NCBI RefSeq assembly: GCF_000143415.4
Contig: NW_003314393.1
Span: 253,175 to 317,174, forward strand
Direction of reading: 5' to 3'
DNA: 64,000 nt
Source: Selaginella moellendorffii
Lineage: Eukaryota > Plantae > Lycopodiophyta
This document shows positions 47,798 to 61,035 of the stretch, piece after piece. Below the pieces are notes generated by a model. That model made no database searches, was not told the origin of the DNA, and saw nothing but the letters and a program-made list of their open reading frames with translations. A program made the translations under genes and the position numbers. The stretch's first letter is position 1. Every line of letters starts with the position of its first letter.

Positions 47798-50700
47798 TGT
47801 TAGGGCGTGGCCACTAAGAGAGTGAGAGAGAGAGAGTGAGTATTCTAGTCCTTGGAATATTCCCCATCTTCTTTGTATAAAACCCTTGACCCACAAGGGC
47901 AAGAGGGGGGCATTTTGCAAAGAGCATTGAAGCATTTCTCATGTTTGAGCGAGCATTGGGGGAAGCACCCCTCCTTCCCCCAATAAATGGTGAATTCGGC
48001 GTGACGCATAGCACTTTCGGAAGCGTCATTTCTCTCTTTTCTTTTGGCTGCAGAATTTGGGAAGGAATTCCTTGTTCATCTTGCGGTGGTTTTGTTTGAT
48101 CTTGAGCGTGTTGGAAAGGTCTAGAGCTCCTCTTTCCAACAAAGTATGGTGCTTATCAAGCCGTGTAATATTTGAAGAGATACAATGTTTCTTGGCTTGG
48201 TTTGAGGAACAGTTTGGGGTTTTCACTTTTCTTGCCTGGATCCTCTATTGAATTTCTTAAAGTAGTGCATTTTGGCTTGTATATCTAGCCTAGATCTACG
48301 AGTAGTGGTGATTTTTGCCACTAGATTTGGCCAAATTGGCAGCATGCAAAAGGATTTTCTTCTCTAGCTAGATTGGGTCATTTTTGTGGCAATAATTCGT
48401 GCTCCTCCGGGCTTTGTTTTTACGCCATTTGTTTCTAGAGGTGCTCCTGGTCCTAGGCTTTTCAGAAATCTACATCACGGACATGCACATGTTTTTCCAC
48501 AATATTGGTGTTCGTGGATTTTTGGGGAATATTGAGGTGGCTTCGTCCCAAATTCCTACGATAGAGGGTAGACGGGGCTGAGCTCTTTCCAACAAGCCCA
48601 CCAACAGTCAAAATGGGGAAGGATCGAGACCGAAGAACTCATTTTTCTCTTTTGGGCTAAACTTTGTTAGGAGTTCCTTGGGAGTGAAACAATCTTCAAA
48701 GAACAGGTAACCGTAAGAACAAGAACAAGAGTTAGCGTAGGAACAGGGATAGTTGGAATAGGCACAAGGATAGTAGTTGGTGTTGGAGCAGGCGCAGGAG
48801 TAGGAGTGAGAGCAAGGGGGTTACCAGTTACAGGTTACAGGTTACAGGTCCCTGGTTACTCTAGCGGCTACTTCGGCGGTTACCCACGGGTCAATGGTTA
48901 CGTGTGCTTGTGGCCTACATCTCTGTTTTCACCCTTATTCCTCTTCGTCACAGGCATTTTGAACAACTTTGCACAACTTGAGCACTAGCCTACAGTCTTG
49001 TTGCTCCTATCGACCCAGTTGCTTTGACCGGGCATTTGTAGTGTTCAGGGTATTTTATGCCGGTACAAACTAGACATGCAACAAATTGGCACCCTTATAC
49101 CATATCTCAAGGCACTAAGGTATGGAGTAAACTTTCTAACATCCAAAGGTAGCTTAGGTATGACACAGCACCTTTTCGGGCCGAGTCCTCTTCATCCTTG
49201 ATAGATTCCAGTGACTTAGATTTACAAGCTATGGCACAGCCACCTTCAGCTCGACCTCAGCTCCATGTTCTATAGAGGGGGAGTGATCTACTGACCTTCT
49301 CAGGTGCTGGAATAGCCTCTCCAACATCGCATATTAGTCGCTTTGATTACTACTGCACCACAAACATCATCGTCGATGATGATCGTATGTGCTGTGACTC
49401 TTTGCAATATCTTGAAGGCAAAGCAGTAATTTTGGCAAATTTTCTTTTCCTAGAGGACCGAACAGACTTCCAGACACTACTTACTTCTTTCAGAGAACAT
49501 TTCGTTAAAGAAAAACTCACAAATCGGGTACTTGTCGACCTCCTTTCGTTCTGGCAGGGTGCTTATGAGTCTGTTCTTGACTACATCACACAGTTTTGAG
49601 CTTACTGGAAGCAGTGTTGGGATCACAGAGTAGTCGAAGATGAGCAACAGGGGATCACGGCATTCACAACAGATCTGTGTGGGAACTTGCAGAGGAAACT
49701 TCTCAAGAAGATATTCAGGTCTTTCCGCGAGGCATTTTCATTTGCCACGAAGCTAGAAAGAGAACTTCTTGTCGATCTGGGGATTGCTAGGGTTGATTTG
49801 GACCAAGCCATCACCCCATCAGAGTCACCTTGTGCAGCTATTCACCTGTCCACAACAAAGCCCGTCGCTATTGAGCATACACCTCCGGCTATTGAGACCT
49901 TTGCCAATGAGATGCGGCAGCTGAAGGAGATCATTCTTCAGCAACATTCACACTATGAAAAACTACTCCAGGAGCTGGTGGAGTCCTGGAAAGAGGCCAC
50001 TACAGCTCGGGAACGCAGATTTAAATCCTGTTGGTGCACTCACTGTGAAACGAACACGCACAACACACAACACTGCTTCAAGCTTCACCCAGAGCTTCAG
50101 CCTCCATCTTCTCAACATGTCCAACAACATCCCTTCGCTGATAACTCCACATCGTCTCGGGGTCTAGAGACATATCAGAAGCAGTTGGAGCGACAAGCAA
50201 TTGAGGCAGCCCCTTCGTCAAGCAAAGGCAAGGCACTAGCCTCATTGGTCAACATGATTTTGGTAGCCAAGGAACTCTATAGGCAATAGCAGCAAACCGC
50301 AGCCACTCGAGCCCAAGCAAAGAAGAAGGTAGCCACTTAGCCTGCCATAGATCCCCCAGTGCCGGTTGAGAGCGAATCTCTGTTGGCATCAAGCCCAGTG
50401 ACACAGAGGGTGGCTTGTAAGCTCCCCTTCAAGTCACTACTCTCTTCTCCTCCTAAGATCTCACCAACAACTATTCCTGTTCTGGAGCCGGTTCTTCAAC
50501 AGCTAGTTGACACTCCCGTCACCTTTTCACTTCGAGACATGTTGTGTCTTGTCCCGGGATTCGGCCAGCGTTTAGAGGAGTTTGCATTGTCAGGAACACT
50601 AGAGAGCACTTTCAAGAGGACTCCTCAAGAGGTGCACATTGTCGACATGACAAGATACAGTGGAGATCCTGATCCATTCTTTGTCCCGGTGCTGATAGGT

Positions 50701-51445
50701 ACCTCCTCTTGTAAGATGGATGGTTTGGTTGACTCCAGTTCTGGAAGCAATATTATCTCTCTTGAAGCCTGCCCTTTCAGCACAACTACAGATCACTGAG
50801 AGTTCCTCCATCGTGCTCAAAACCTTCACCAACCACACTGTTCCTTCAGCAGGGTGTCAAAGTCTCTGTGTAAGGTGTTATTTCTGAGGTGGATTTCCTT
50901 GTGGTTGGCTACCAACATCTTGGAACGTCCTCTTTGAAGGACTCTATCATCCTTGGCCATTCATGGCAAATCACAACCCATTGCACCATTGATAGCGCAC
51001 AAGGCAAGATGGAAATTAGCAATGGAACCCACAGCGCCACCTTTCTCAACAACCACAGCAAAGCTCTTTCTCAGCAAGCCCAACAAGCTCAGAATAAGAT
51101 GGCCTCCACACCATACTTTCCTTCTGAGCTCACAGAGGTTTTTTCTGAGTTAGTGGTGGAATTGACCATCTATATGACTGATGCTTTCTCATGCAAAGCG
51201 ATTGACATGGTTGGAGGTGAGTCAGATAGCCCAAGACATCTCTCAGCTTCACTCTCTTTATTTGAGAGTAAGGCTGAGCCCCTCGCCATGCCCTCTTTAT
51301 TTGATGGCGGTGCTTATAGGGTACGGGCTCTCATATCTAGCTTTTCGGAGTGTTTCTCGATAGAGGAAGGGCTTCTCGACTCGTTTCTTGGATGGGACTC
51401 TCTCTTATGGAGCTAGATGACACAGTCACTCCAAACTAGGCCCAT

Positions 51446-51471
51446 TGTTAGGGCGTGGCCATTGAGAGAGT

Positions 51472-51503
<32 letters not shown>

Positions 51504-54500
51504 ATATTCCCCATCTTCCTTGTATAAAACCTTTGCCTCACAAGGGCAAGGGGGGGCATTTTGTGAAGAGCATTGAAACATTTCTCGTGTTTGAGTGAAC
51601 ATTGGGGGAGGCACCCCTCCTTCCCCCAACAAATGGTGAACCCGGCGTGACGCGTAACACCTTTTGAGGCATCATTTCTCTTTTTCTCTTTTGGCCGCAG
51701 ATTTTGGGAAGGAATTCTTTGTTCGTTTTGCAATGGTTTTGTTTGATCTTGGGCGTGTTGGATAGGTCTGGAGCTCCTCTTTCCAGCAAGGTATGGTGCT
51801 CATCAAACCGTGTAGTATTTGAAGAGATACAACATTTCTTGGCTCGGATTGAGGAACAATTTGGGGTTTACACTTTCTCACGTAGATCCTCGGCCCAATT
51901 TTTCAAAGTAGTGCATTTCGGCTTGTATATCTGGCCTAGATCTACAAGTAGTGGTGATTCTTTCCACTAGATTTGGCCAAATTGGCGGCATGCAAAAGGA
52001 TTTTCTTCTCTAGCTAGATTGGGTCATTTTTGTAGCAGGAATTCGTGCTCCTCTGGGCTTTGTTTTGGATGCCGTTTGTTTCTAGAGGTGCTCCTAGTCC
52101 TAGGCTTCCCGAAAACACCAATGGCACCTTAGTATTGATCTACATCAGTGACATGCACATGTTTATCCACAATATTGGCATTCTGGGCTACCTCATGTTG
52201 GATTTTGGTGAATATTGAGGTGGCTTCTTGCGATAGAGGGTTTAGGCTTTAAGCTGAGCTCTTTTCAACGAGCCCACCAACAGTCAAAATGGGGAAGGAT
52301 CGAGACCGAAGGACTCATTTTTCTCTTTTGGGCTAAACTTTGTTGGGGGGTTCCTTGGGAATGAAGCAATCTTCAAGGAACAGGTTGGCATAGGAACAGG
52401 AACACGAATAGGAGTTGGAGTAGGAGCAGGCACAGGGGTAGGAGCAGGTGCAGGAGTAGGAGCGAGAGCGGGGGTTACCGGTTACTGGCTACAGGTCCCG
52501 GGTTACTGGTTTACTGGTCCCCAGTTACTCTAGCGGCTACTCCAGCAGCTACTCCGGTGGTTACCCTACGGGTCAACAGTTACGTGTGCTTGAGGTCTAC
52601 ATCTCCTTCCATTTCAACCCTTATTCCTCTTTGTCACAGGCATTTTGGGCAACCTTAAGCAACTTGAGCACTAGCCTATAGTCTTCTTATTCCTGTCAAC
52701 CCAGTTGCTTTGACCAGGCATTTGTAGTGTTCATGGTATTTAATGCCGATACAAACCAAACGTGCAACAAATTGGCACCCTTTTGCCATACCTGAATGCC
52801 CTAAGGTACAGAGTAAACTTTTTAACATCCGAAGGCAGCTTAGGTATGACACTGCACCTTCTCGGGCCGAGTCCTCTTCATCCTCGGCAGATTCCAGTGA
52901 CTTCTACGAGCTATGGCACAGCCACCTTTAGCTCGCCCTCAGCTCCATGTTCTGCAAATGGGGAGTGATCTGCCAACCTTCTCAGGTGTTGGAACAGTCT
53001 CTCCAATATCATATATCAGTCGCTTTGATTACTACTGTAACACAAACATGATAATCGATGATGATTGTATGTGCTGCGGCAAAGTAGCAACTTGGGCAGA
53101 TTCTCTCCTCCCAGAGGACCGGATACACTTCCAGACACTACTCGCTTCTTTCAGAGAATGTTTTGTTGAAGAAAAACCCACAAATTGGCTACTTGTCGAC
53201 CTCTTTTCATTCCGACAGGGGTGCTCATGAGTCTGTTCCTGACTACATCACCCGGTTTGAGCATACTGAAAGTAGTGTTGGGATTGTAGAGTGGTCCATG
53301 ATGAGCAAAAGAGGATCACAGCATTCACAGCAGGTCTGCGTGGGAACTTGCAGCGGAAAATTCTCAAGAAGACATTCAGGTTTTGCCGCGAGGCATTTTC
53401 ATTTGCCACGAAGCTGAAAAGAGAGCTTCTTCTCGACCTGGGGATTGCTAGAGTTGATTTCAACCAAGCCATCACCCCATCAGAGTCACCTTGTGCAACT
53501 GTTCTCCCGTCCATAACAAAGCCCGTTGCTATTGAGCAAACACCTCTGGCTATTGAGAACTTTGCCAACAAAATGCGGCAGCTGAAGGAGATCATTCTTC
53601 AGTAACAATCACACTAAGACAAACTGCTCCAGGAGCTGGTGGAGTCCAGGAAAGAGGCCACTATAGCTCGGGAATGTAGATTTAAGTCCCGTTGGTGTAC
53701 TCACTGCAAGACGAACACACACAACCCGCAGCACTGCTTCAAGCTTTACCCAGAGCTTCAGCCTCCACCATCCCAACGTGTCCAACAACGTCCCATTGCT
53801 GATAATTCCACATCGTCTTGGGGTCCAGAGACATATCACGAGCAGTTGGAGCAACAAGCAATTGAGGCAGCCCCTTCGTCAAGCAAAGGCAAGGCACCAG
53901 CCTCATCAGTCAACACAATTTTGCTAGCCGAGGAACTCTATAGGCAATAGCAGCAAACCACAGCCACTCAAGCCCAAGCAAAGAAGAAGGTAGCCGCTCA
54001 GCCTGCCACAGATCCCCTGGTGCCGGTTGAGAGCGAATCTCCGTTGGCATCAGGCCTAGTGACACAAAGGGTGGCTTGTAAGCTCCCCTTTAAGTCACTA
54101 CTCTCTTCTCCTCCTAAGATCTCACCAACAGCTATTCTTGTTTTGGAGTCGGTCCTTCAACAGCTAGTTGACACTCCCGTCACCTTTCCGCTCCAAGACA
54201 TGTTGTGTCTTGTCCCGGGGTTCGGCCAATGTTTAGAGGAGTTTGCATGGTCAAGAACACCAGAGACCACTCTCAAGAGGACTCCTCAAGAGGTGCACAT
54301 TGTTGACATGACAAGATACAGTGGAGATCCTGGTCCCTTCTTCGTCCAAGTGTAGATTGGTACTTCCTCTTGTAGGATGGATGCTTTTGTTGACTTTTGT
54401 TTTGGAAGCAACATTATCTCCCTCGAAGCTACCCTTTCAGCACAGCTACAGATCACTGAGAGCTCCTCCATCGTGCTCAAAACCTTCGCCAACCACATTG

Positions 54501-57500
54501 TTCCTCTAATGGGAATTTGCTGTGGTGTCAAGGTCTCTATGTAGGGTGTTATTTCTGAGGTGGATTTCCTCATGGTTGACTACTAAAGTCCTCTTGGAAG
54601 GACTCTTGGAAGGTCTTGGAATGTCCTCTTTGAAGGACTCTATCATCCTTGGCCATTCATGGCAAATCACAACCCATTGCACCATTGACAGTGCACAAGG
54701 CAAGATGGAAATTAGCGATAGAACCCACAGCGCCACCTTTCTCAACAACCATGGTAGAGCTCTTTCTTAGCAAGCCCAAAAAGCTTAGACTAAGATGGCC
54801 TCCACACCACACTTTCCTCCTGAGCTCACAGAGGTTTTTCCTGAGATGGTAGTGGTGTCAACCATCTATATGAGGGATGCTTTCTCATGCAATGCAATTG
54901 ACATGGTTGGAGGTGAGTCAGGTAGCTTAAGACATCTCTCAACTTCACTCTCTTTATTTGAGAGTAAGGCCGAGCTTCTAGACATGCCCTCTTTATTTGA
55001 TGGCGGGGCTTATAGAGTATGGGCTCCCATATTCAGCTTTTCGGAGTGTTTCTCGATAGAGGATGGGCTCCTCGATTTGTTTCTTGCATGTGACGAACTC
55101 TCTCTTATGGATCTTGATGACACAATCGCTCCAGATCAGACCCATCTTTCACAGAACACAGCTGAACTCAATTCTCCTCAGCAACTATCTGAGGTGTCAC
55201 ACAGCCAGCATCTTCCTACTAAAATCGTGGTAGCTAATGACTCCGAGCGTTTTTTGTCTTGCTGTTTTTTGGAGATGAAGGATGACATCCAGACCCACAA
55301 CAAGCAAAAAGAATCAAGCCAATTGGACGTGTTGCATGCACATTATAGCTCTTTGAGTTCAGAACTTCCTACCGTAGAGCCCCCGGTATTCCAACCACTA
55401 GAATGATTTCGTTTCTTTCTTGTTGGAGCCCGTATCCATTCCTATGTCTGTTTTACTGTGCTAACCTTTCTTTTACAGTGATCAGTTCACAGTCCTCATA
55501 CTTTATCTTGGATTGTGACTATCCAAGAGTTCCAGCCAACTCTTCACATGCGGTAGAAGTGTGTGATGCATCTTCTCCAACAGCTGCAGATCAAGCACGT
55601 GAAGAGCAGCAGCTATTACCCTGAGTGCAATGGCCAAGCGGAGTCCAACAACAAAATTGTGAAGATAGTCATCTCAAAGCTTGTGGAGGATCACCTAAGG
55701 CGTTAGCACGAACACTTGGTTACGGCGTTGTGGGCCTTTTGGACGTCCTTCAAGACATCCATCTTTGCGACCCCATTCTCCCTTGTCTATGGGACAGAGG
55801 CCGTGCTTCCAGTGGAGATCCAGCTTAGCGATGAGGACAAGCTTCATGCACGTGACTTGGAGGTTCTTGCCTTGGAAGAACAACGATGATCCACATTAGA
55901 ACATCTCCTTCAAGGCAAGCAGAAGATCAAGTCAGTCATTGATCACCAGCGGTCTGCTGAACCATTCAAGGATGGCAATCTTGTTCTACTCAAGGAGTTT
56001 ACGCCACCTTTGAAGTTCTCCCCTCACTGGACTGGCCCCTGCTTTGTCCAGTGACACATCGGAGGTGGAGCATATGTGCTAGTTGATGCTGATGGACGTG
56101 AGCTCCCACACGCTCACAACCACTCTCATCTCAAACGCTTCATCTGGTGAGGCATTTCTCTTCTCTTCTTTTCTTTTTTCTTTTTCTTCCTTTCTTTCAC
56201 TTTACTTTCATGGCTACTTTTCTTACTTTCAGAGGGTGTTTTTCCATTGAACCATGGCCCATACCTTGGATTTGGTGCTCAGGCTGCATTGCCATTTGTA
56301 TTGAGGTTCCTCGTTTGGCTCGTTCTATGTTCCAGGTTCTTTGGCCCTTCCCTTACCATTAATATACCCCACACATTCCCCTCACTCATTCCATATCATC
56401 TACACTCACAGTTCCATCACCAATCACTTCCAACAGCATTGCCTGCACTTATCTCTAGATGCCCGTCTTGCATCTTTCATTCTTTCACCACCATTCACAG
56501 CTCCGTTTGAGGTCACATTTACACCATACCATGGACACACATATATACACAGTAGCAAATGACACCACCTCATTTGGATGAGCCATTTCTGAGATATCCT
56601 TATGACCATTTGCCAACGACGCACTAGCTTTTTTGGAGCGACTTTCTTCCAACCCGGTGAACCTGTTCACTCAAGGCACCTAGGTGGATCTTTAGGCAAG
56701 GCCATAGAAGCCAAAGCCACTTTCTTCTGCTCCAGCACTCAGTGGACACATGCCACCTCTCTTTACCAGCAACTCAGCAACTACACTGTCCTTTTCAGCT
56801 GCTGACTTCTTCAGTCCGACACATCAGACTGGCCACCTTCTCAGAGTGCCACCCCATCTCAGCACTCCACCATATAAGTGCTGGAGCAGGCGCAAGAGTA
56901 GGAGCGAGAGCAGGTGGTTACCGGTTACAGGTCACAGGTCCCCAGTTACTGGTTACTAGTTACTGGTTACCGGCTACTCCGAGTGGTCAGCGCTTACTCT
57001 ATAGGCCAATGGTTATTAATGGCCACCTTTTCAGAGTGCCACCACGATCTCAACGCTCCACCATATCACTCCATCTTTCATCATTTCCACACTTACCACC
57101 CTTGGGCAATGGATCCCCTCTTCTACCTCTCTTTCTTTCTCAATTTCAGCCTATCCTTAGAGCATACCAGAAGTCATCAAAAGGCTACATTTGCATATTA
57201 CACTTTCCTGAGCCGAAATCTAGGTATAGGTTAAGTTCTTTGGGTGCTCACTCTTTTTCCTTTATTTTCCTCCTATTTTCACACTTTTTCTACACTTTTC
57301 TTCACCTTCAGGGTCCAGTTTGACTACAGGGTTTCCCACCGGGTTTTCCTCCCTGTCTCCAAACTTCACACCTACCTCTTTTCTTTCTTTTCCACTTTGT
57401 TTTCTAGAGTTTCTACTATTTCATGCAGCTACCAGCACTTGGCATCAGTAGCAAAGGTACACTCTACACTCTTTGGAGGGTTCTTGTGCGTATGGAGCCA

Positions 57501-57708
57501 GCGTGATCCACCGTGATCGCATGTTAGGGTGTGGCCACTGAGAGAGTGAGAGAGAGAGAGGGAATATTCTAGTCCTTAGAATATTCCCCATCTTCCTTGT
57601 ATAAAACCCATGCCTCACAAGGGCAATGGGGGGCATTTTGCGAAGAGCATTGAAGCATTTCTCGTGTTTGAGCGAGCGTTGGGGGAGGTGCCCCTCCTTC
57701 CCCCAACA
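51446..57708 (+). mobile_element. Family C copy C2 (internally deleted, lacks RT/RH), inserted into C1
   Basis: LTRs 51446-51631 and 57522-57708; 4-bp TSD CCAT; PBS TGGTGAACCCGGCGTGA (complementary to plant tRNA-Trp 3' end). Decayed gag, PR and IN (YYPECNGQAES, TPFSLVYGTEAVLPVEI). Confidence 0.9.
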
Positions 57709-58130
57709 CCATCTTTCACAGGACACAGCTGAACTCAATTCTCCTCAGCAACTACCTGAGGTGTCACACAGCTAGCATCTTCCTACTAAAATCGCGGTAG
57801 CTGACAACTCTAAGTGTATTTTGTTATGCTGTTTCTTGGAGACAGAGGATGACATCCAGACACAGAACCAGCAGAAAGAATCAAGCCAATCAGACGTGCT
57901 GCATGCAAGTTATAGCTCTTTGAGTTCACAATTTCCTACCGTGGAGCTCGCGGTACAGGTCCAAGTGTATTACACTAAAACTTCAGCAGCAGACTTGGAC
58001 TGGACTTCAATGGAGGATCTTCCTTCACTTGCAGAGTACTTAGTACAGTCCTTGCATTGGACATTGAGCGCTTAGAGCATCAGAAGCAAAGAGAAAAACA
58101 GACAAAGACTCTGAATCCACAATAACATTC

Positions 58131-58560
58131 TTGCATGACTTGCCAGAGACAGTCTTGCCAAATGTGGTGTCCCTAGCATCTTTATTTGAAGAAGAGGACA
58201 CTCCTATGATTACAACTTATTTTGACGGTGCTTTCTACCCCACAAACCAGGTTGCTGGCATTGGAGTTTGGATGATTGATTATGCGGAGAACAAAGTAGC
58301 CGACCTCTCTATCACTTTGCCAACAACATCAGCTAATGAAGTGGAGTACTTGGCAGCTATCAATGCCATGAAGTTAGCCACAGATCTCAAGTTTAGGCAA
58401 GTCACTTTCGTTGGAGATGCACAACTCATCATACACCAACTTACTGGAGAATACCAAGTCCGCAAAGAGAACCTGAAAGAGCTATGGCAGCGGGTAGTCA
58501 ACCTGCAAGATGAGTTCTCTTAAGTGACTTTTCAAAGTGTCCCTCTGAAGAAAACTTTTG
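58131..58560 (+). pseudogene. Archaeal-type additional RNase H (aRH) domain of C1
   Basis: YFDGA...AGIG...NEVEYLAAI...FVGDAQLIIHQLTGEYQV, as in Tat-lineage aRH. Confidence 0.85.
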
Positions 58561-58573
58561 GGCAGACAGATTA

Positions 58574-59247
58574 TGTAGCACATGTGATCATGGGATGAGA
58601 TTTGGATATACTGTCACCGTGGATCTTTGAAACCTTCGGGGATAAATGGGGATAAAAAAGCCACTAAGGGCTCTCTCATCAAGCAATTGCCCCTTTTCCA
58701 GTTGGCTTAAGGGGAGAGAGATAATGTATGCTACAGTTGGTATCAAAGCAAAATGGCACGGGTTTAATTCCCATTGATTGGTGGCTATTTAAAAATATAA
58801 TATACCCTTGAGCAAGGTATATTCCAACCCCTAAATTTGAAATCGTACGTATTGGATATCCATGTGTATGTCCTTCCTCTTGTGTGGAGTATCCACGGAC
58901 AAAGGTATCCACCATAGGACTGCGGTACGGGTGGATGATTAGTTGCCTCACATGGAATAACTAGTCTACACAATGGAAGGATTGGTAGATTAAGTGCAGA
59001 AATGGAGGTGCTAGTTCCCTTTGGGTCAGTAGGGGTTGTTAGTCAATAGTCAATGAGGACATTGACATCTCTAAAGGGGGGTGAGTGTAGCATATGTGAT
59101 CATGGAATGAGATTTAGATATACTGTCACCGTGGATCTTTGGAACCTTGGGGGATAAATAAGGATAAAATAGCCACTAAGGGCTCTTTCATCAAGCAATT
59201 GCCCCTGTTCCAGTTGGCTTAAGGGGAGATAAATAAGGTGCGCTATA
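58574..59247 (+). mobile_element. TRIM-like miniature LTR element (family D)
   Basis: 162-bp direct repeats 58574-58735 and 59086-59247; PBS TGGTATCAAAGC; ~350-bp non-coding interior; PPT AAAGGGGGGTGAG. A third LTR copy lies at 60875-61035. Confidence 0.85.
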
Positions 59248-59254
59248 GTATCTG

Positions 59255-60874
59255 TAGAGAATGAGTCTCGGCGAGTACTATCCAATAAGATTGGGCAATT
59301 AATCTTGTTGCATACGCAGAGATGAAAACGATGATCCGAGTGGGTACACGTTTTGGTGCAAAGGCTTTGCAATTGTTCCTTGGGTATGGATTTGGTCACC
59401 TTGTTGTACCATATTCTATGAGCTTGAGCTTGGGCTCACAAGAAGGATTGAGTTGTACCATTTTGCATGAGCTTGTGCTTGGGCTCGTGTGTGAGGCACA
59501 TTAGCAACTCGAGGTTACACTTTGACTTGGCAGGATTAATGTTAGCCTATCAGTGGTTCCATGAGTTGTTCCAATGGTTCTGTGAGTTGTTCCATGTATC
59601 ATGGGTGAAAGTAAACCTTTCTTGGGTTTGCTATGAGTGGCAAATAGGCTAGTCTGTAGCTGTTTAGCACGGCACTAGTGGATCTTTCCTAAGCATAATT
59701 ATAAGTGGATCAATCAAGACTATAAGGATTAGTCTAATGGTTCATGTAGTCATTGCTGTGCTCTCTCATAAACTTTTCTTGGATTGGACTGAAGGTAGTG
59801 CAAATGAAAGCTTGAGGTTTAGTCAAAGATGAGACCGAAAAGAGAGTCATCAGGGACGAAGAATCAAACATGTAAATCATTTTCTTTTGGAGAGATGATT
59901 TGCAACAAGGTGTTAATTCATTGCTTGTGTTCACATCATGCAATCAAGAGTCCCTATCTTGATGCATGTTGGAGATGATGGCCTTACAATGGTGAGTTGT
60001 GGGATGGATAGTGGTGAAGCGCTATACTATTTTGTCTAGGCTTGCTATTGGAAGACTTGGGTTGCAATGCTCAATTCTTTTCCAGGAAACTTTGTTGTTG
60101 CTCCTTGAGTAACTTGGTGTTAGATTAGTGTTGAGTTTGGTTAGATAGAGAGTGGTATGTGTTTGTCCATGTTGTGAACAAAAGTTGGTGGTGTTGGGTG
60201 TTGTAAATCTCTATTGGTGGAGTGTGGCATTTATGTTGCATTTTATCAAATCGAGTTGACACTTGATATTCGCATAAACCTTTGAAGTAATGACATTGGC
60301 ATTGCTCGTGGTGTTGCTCAATTGATGATCAAGTCATTGTGATACTTATGTCATATCCATGTGATAACGAGTAATGTGTTTACGAAGTTGCTTGGTTAGA
60401 CGATGATCAACCCCAAAGTGGTTGATGGTGAAGCTAGTCTACTTGCACGTAGTAACATTGTAGTAGCTTTGATTGGATTCCCGATGGTGATCCATTATGC
60501 TAAGCTTAAGTTGGTACTTTGTTTTCTCGAGTTTGCCCACTGAGGTGTTGGAAAGGGTTATAGCATTCACTTGCTATGGCTTGTCGGTTGATCTATTAAC
60601 ACTTGGAGTACATTGTTGGATGGAGAAAGTGTGTAGTTGAGGCATTGACATCACTAGCACTTGTGTTAGTGGAAGTGGCATTGTTATTTCGAGTGATGAG
60701 GAGTTTTCCTTAAACCTTAATTCTCCATGTTATTTTTTTGTTAGTGTATTAAGCTTCACATTAGATCTTGAAGGTGGTTAAAGAAGAGTGTTAGTGCAAT
60801 GTGGATATCTGGAGATGTGGTCTTCGTGATCAAGCCTTAGATGTTCACTTTGCATTTGCGGATGTCAGTGTTGG
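59255..60874 (+). repeat. Copy of the family E internal region
   Basis: Direct repeat of ~62195-63810. Confidence 0.85.
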
Positions 60875-61035
60875 TGTAGCGCATGTGATCATGGGATGAG
60901 ATTTGGATATACTGTCACCGTGGATCCTTGGAACCTTGGGGGATAAATGGGGATAAAATAGCCACTAAGGGCTCTCTCATCAAGCAATTGCCCCTTTTCC
61001 AGTTGGTTTAAGGGGAGAGAGATAAGGTGCGCTAC

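Larger units (their letters stand above)
47798..58573 (+). mobile_element. Ty3 non-chromovirus (Tat-like) family C, copy C1, containing C2
   Basis: LTR 47798-47985, PBS TGGTGAATTCGGCGTGA, gag with WCTHCETNTHNTQHC, protease LVDSSSGSNII. It resumes at 57709 and reaches an archaeal-type RNase H. Confidence 0.82.
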
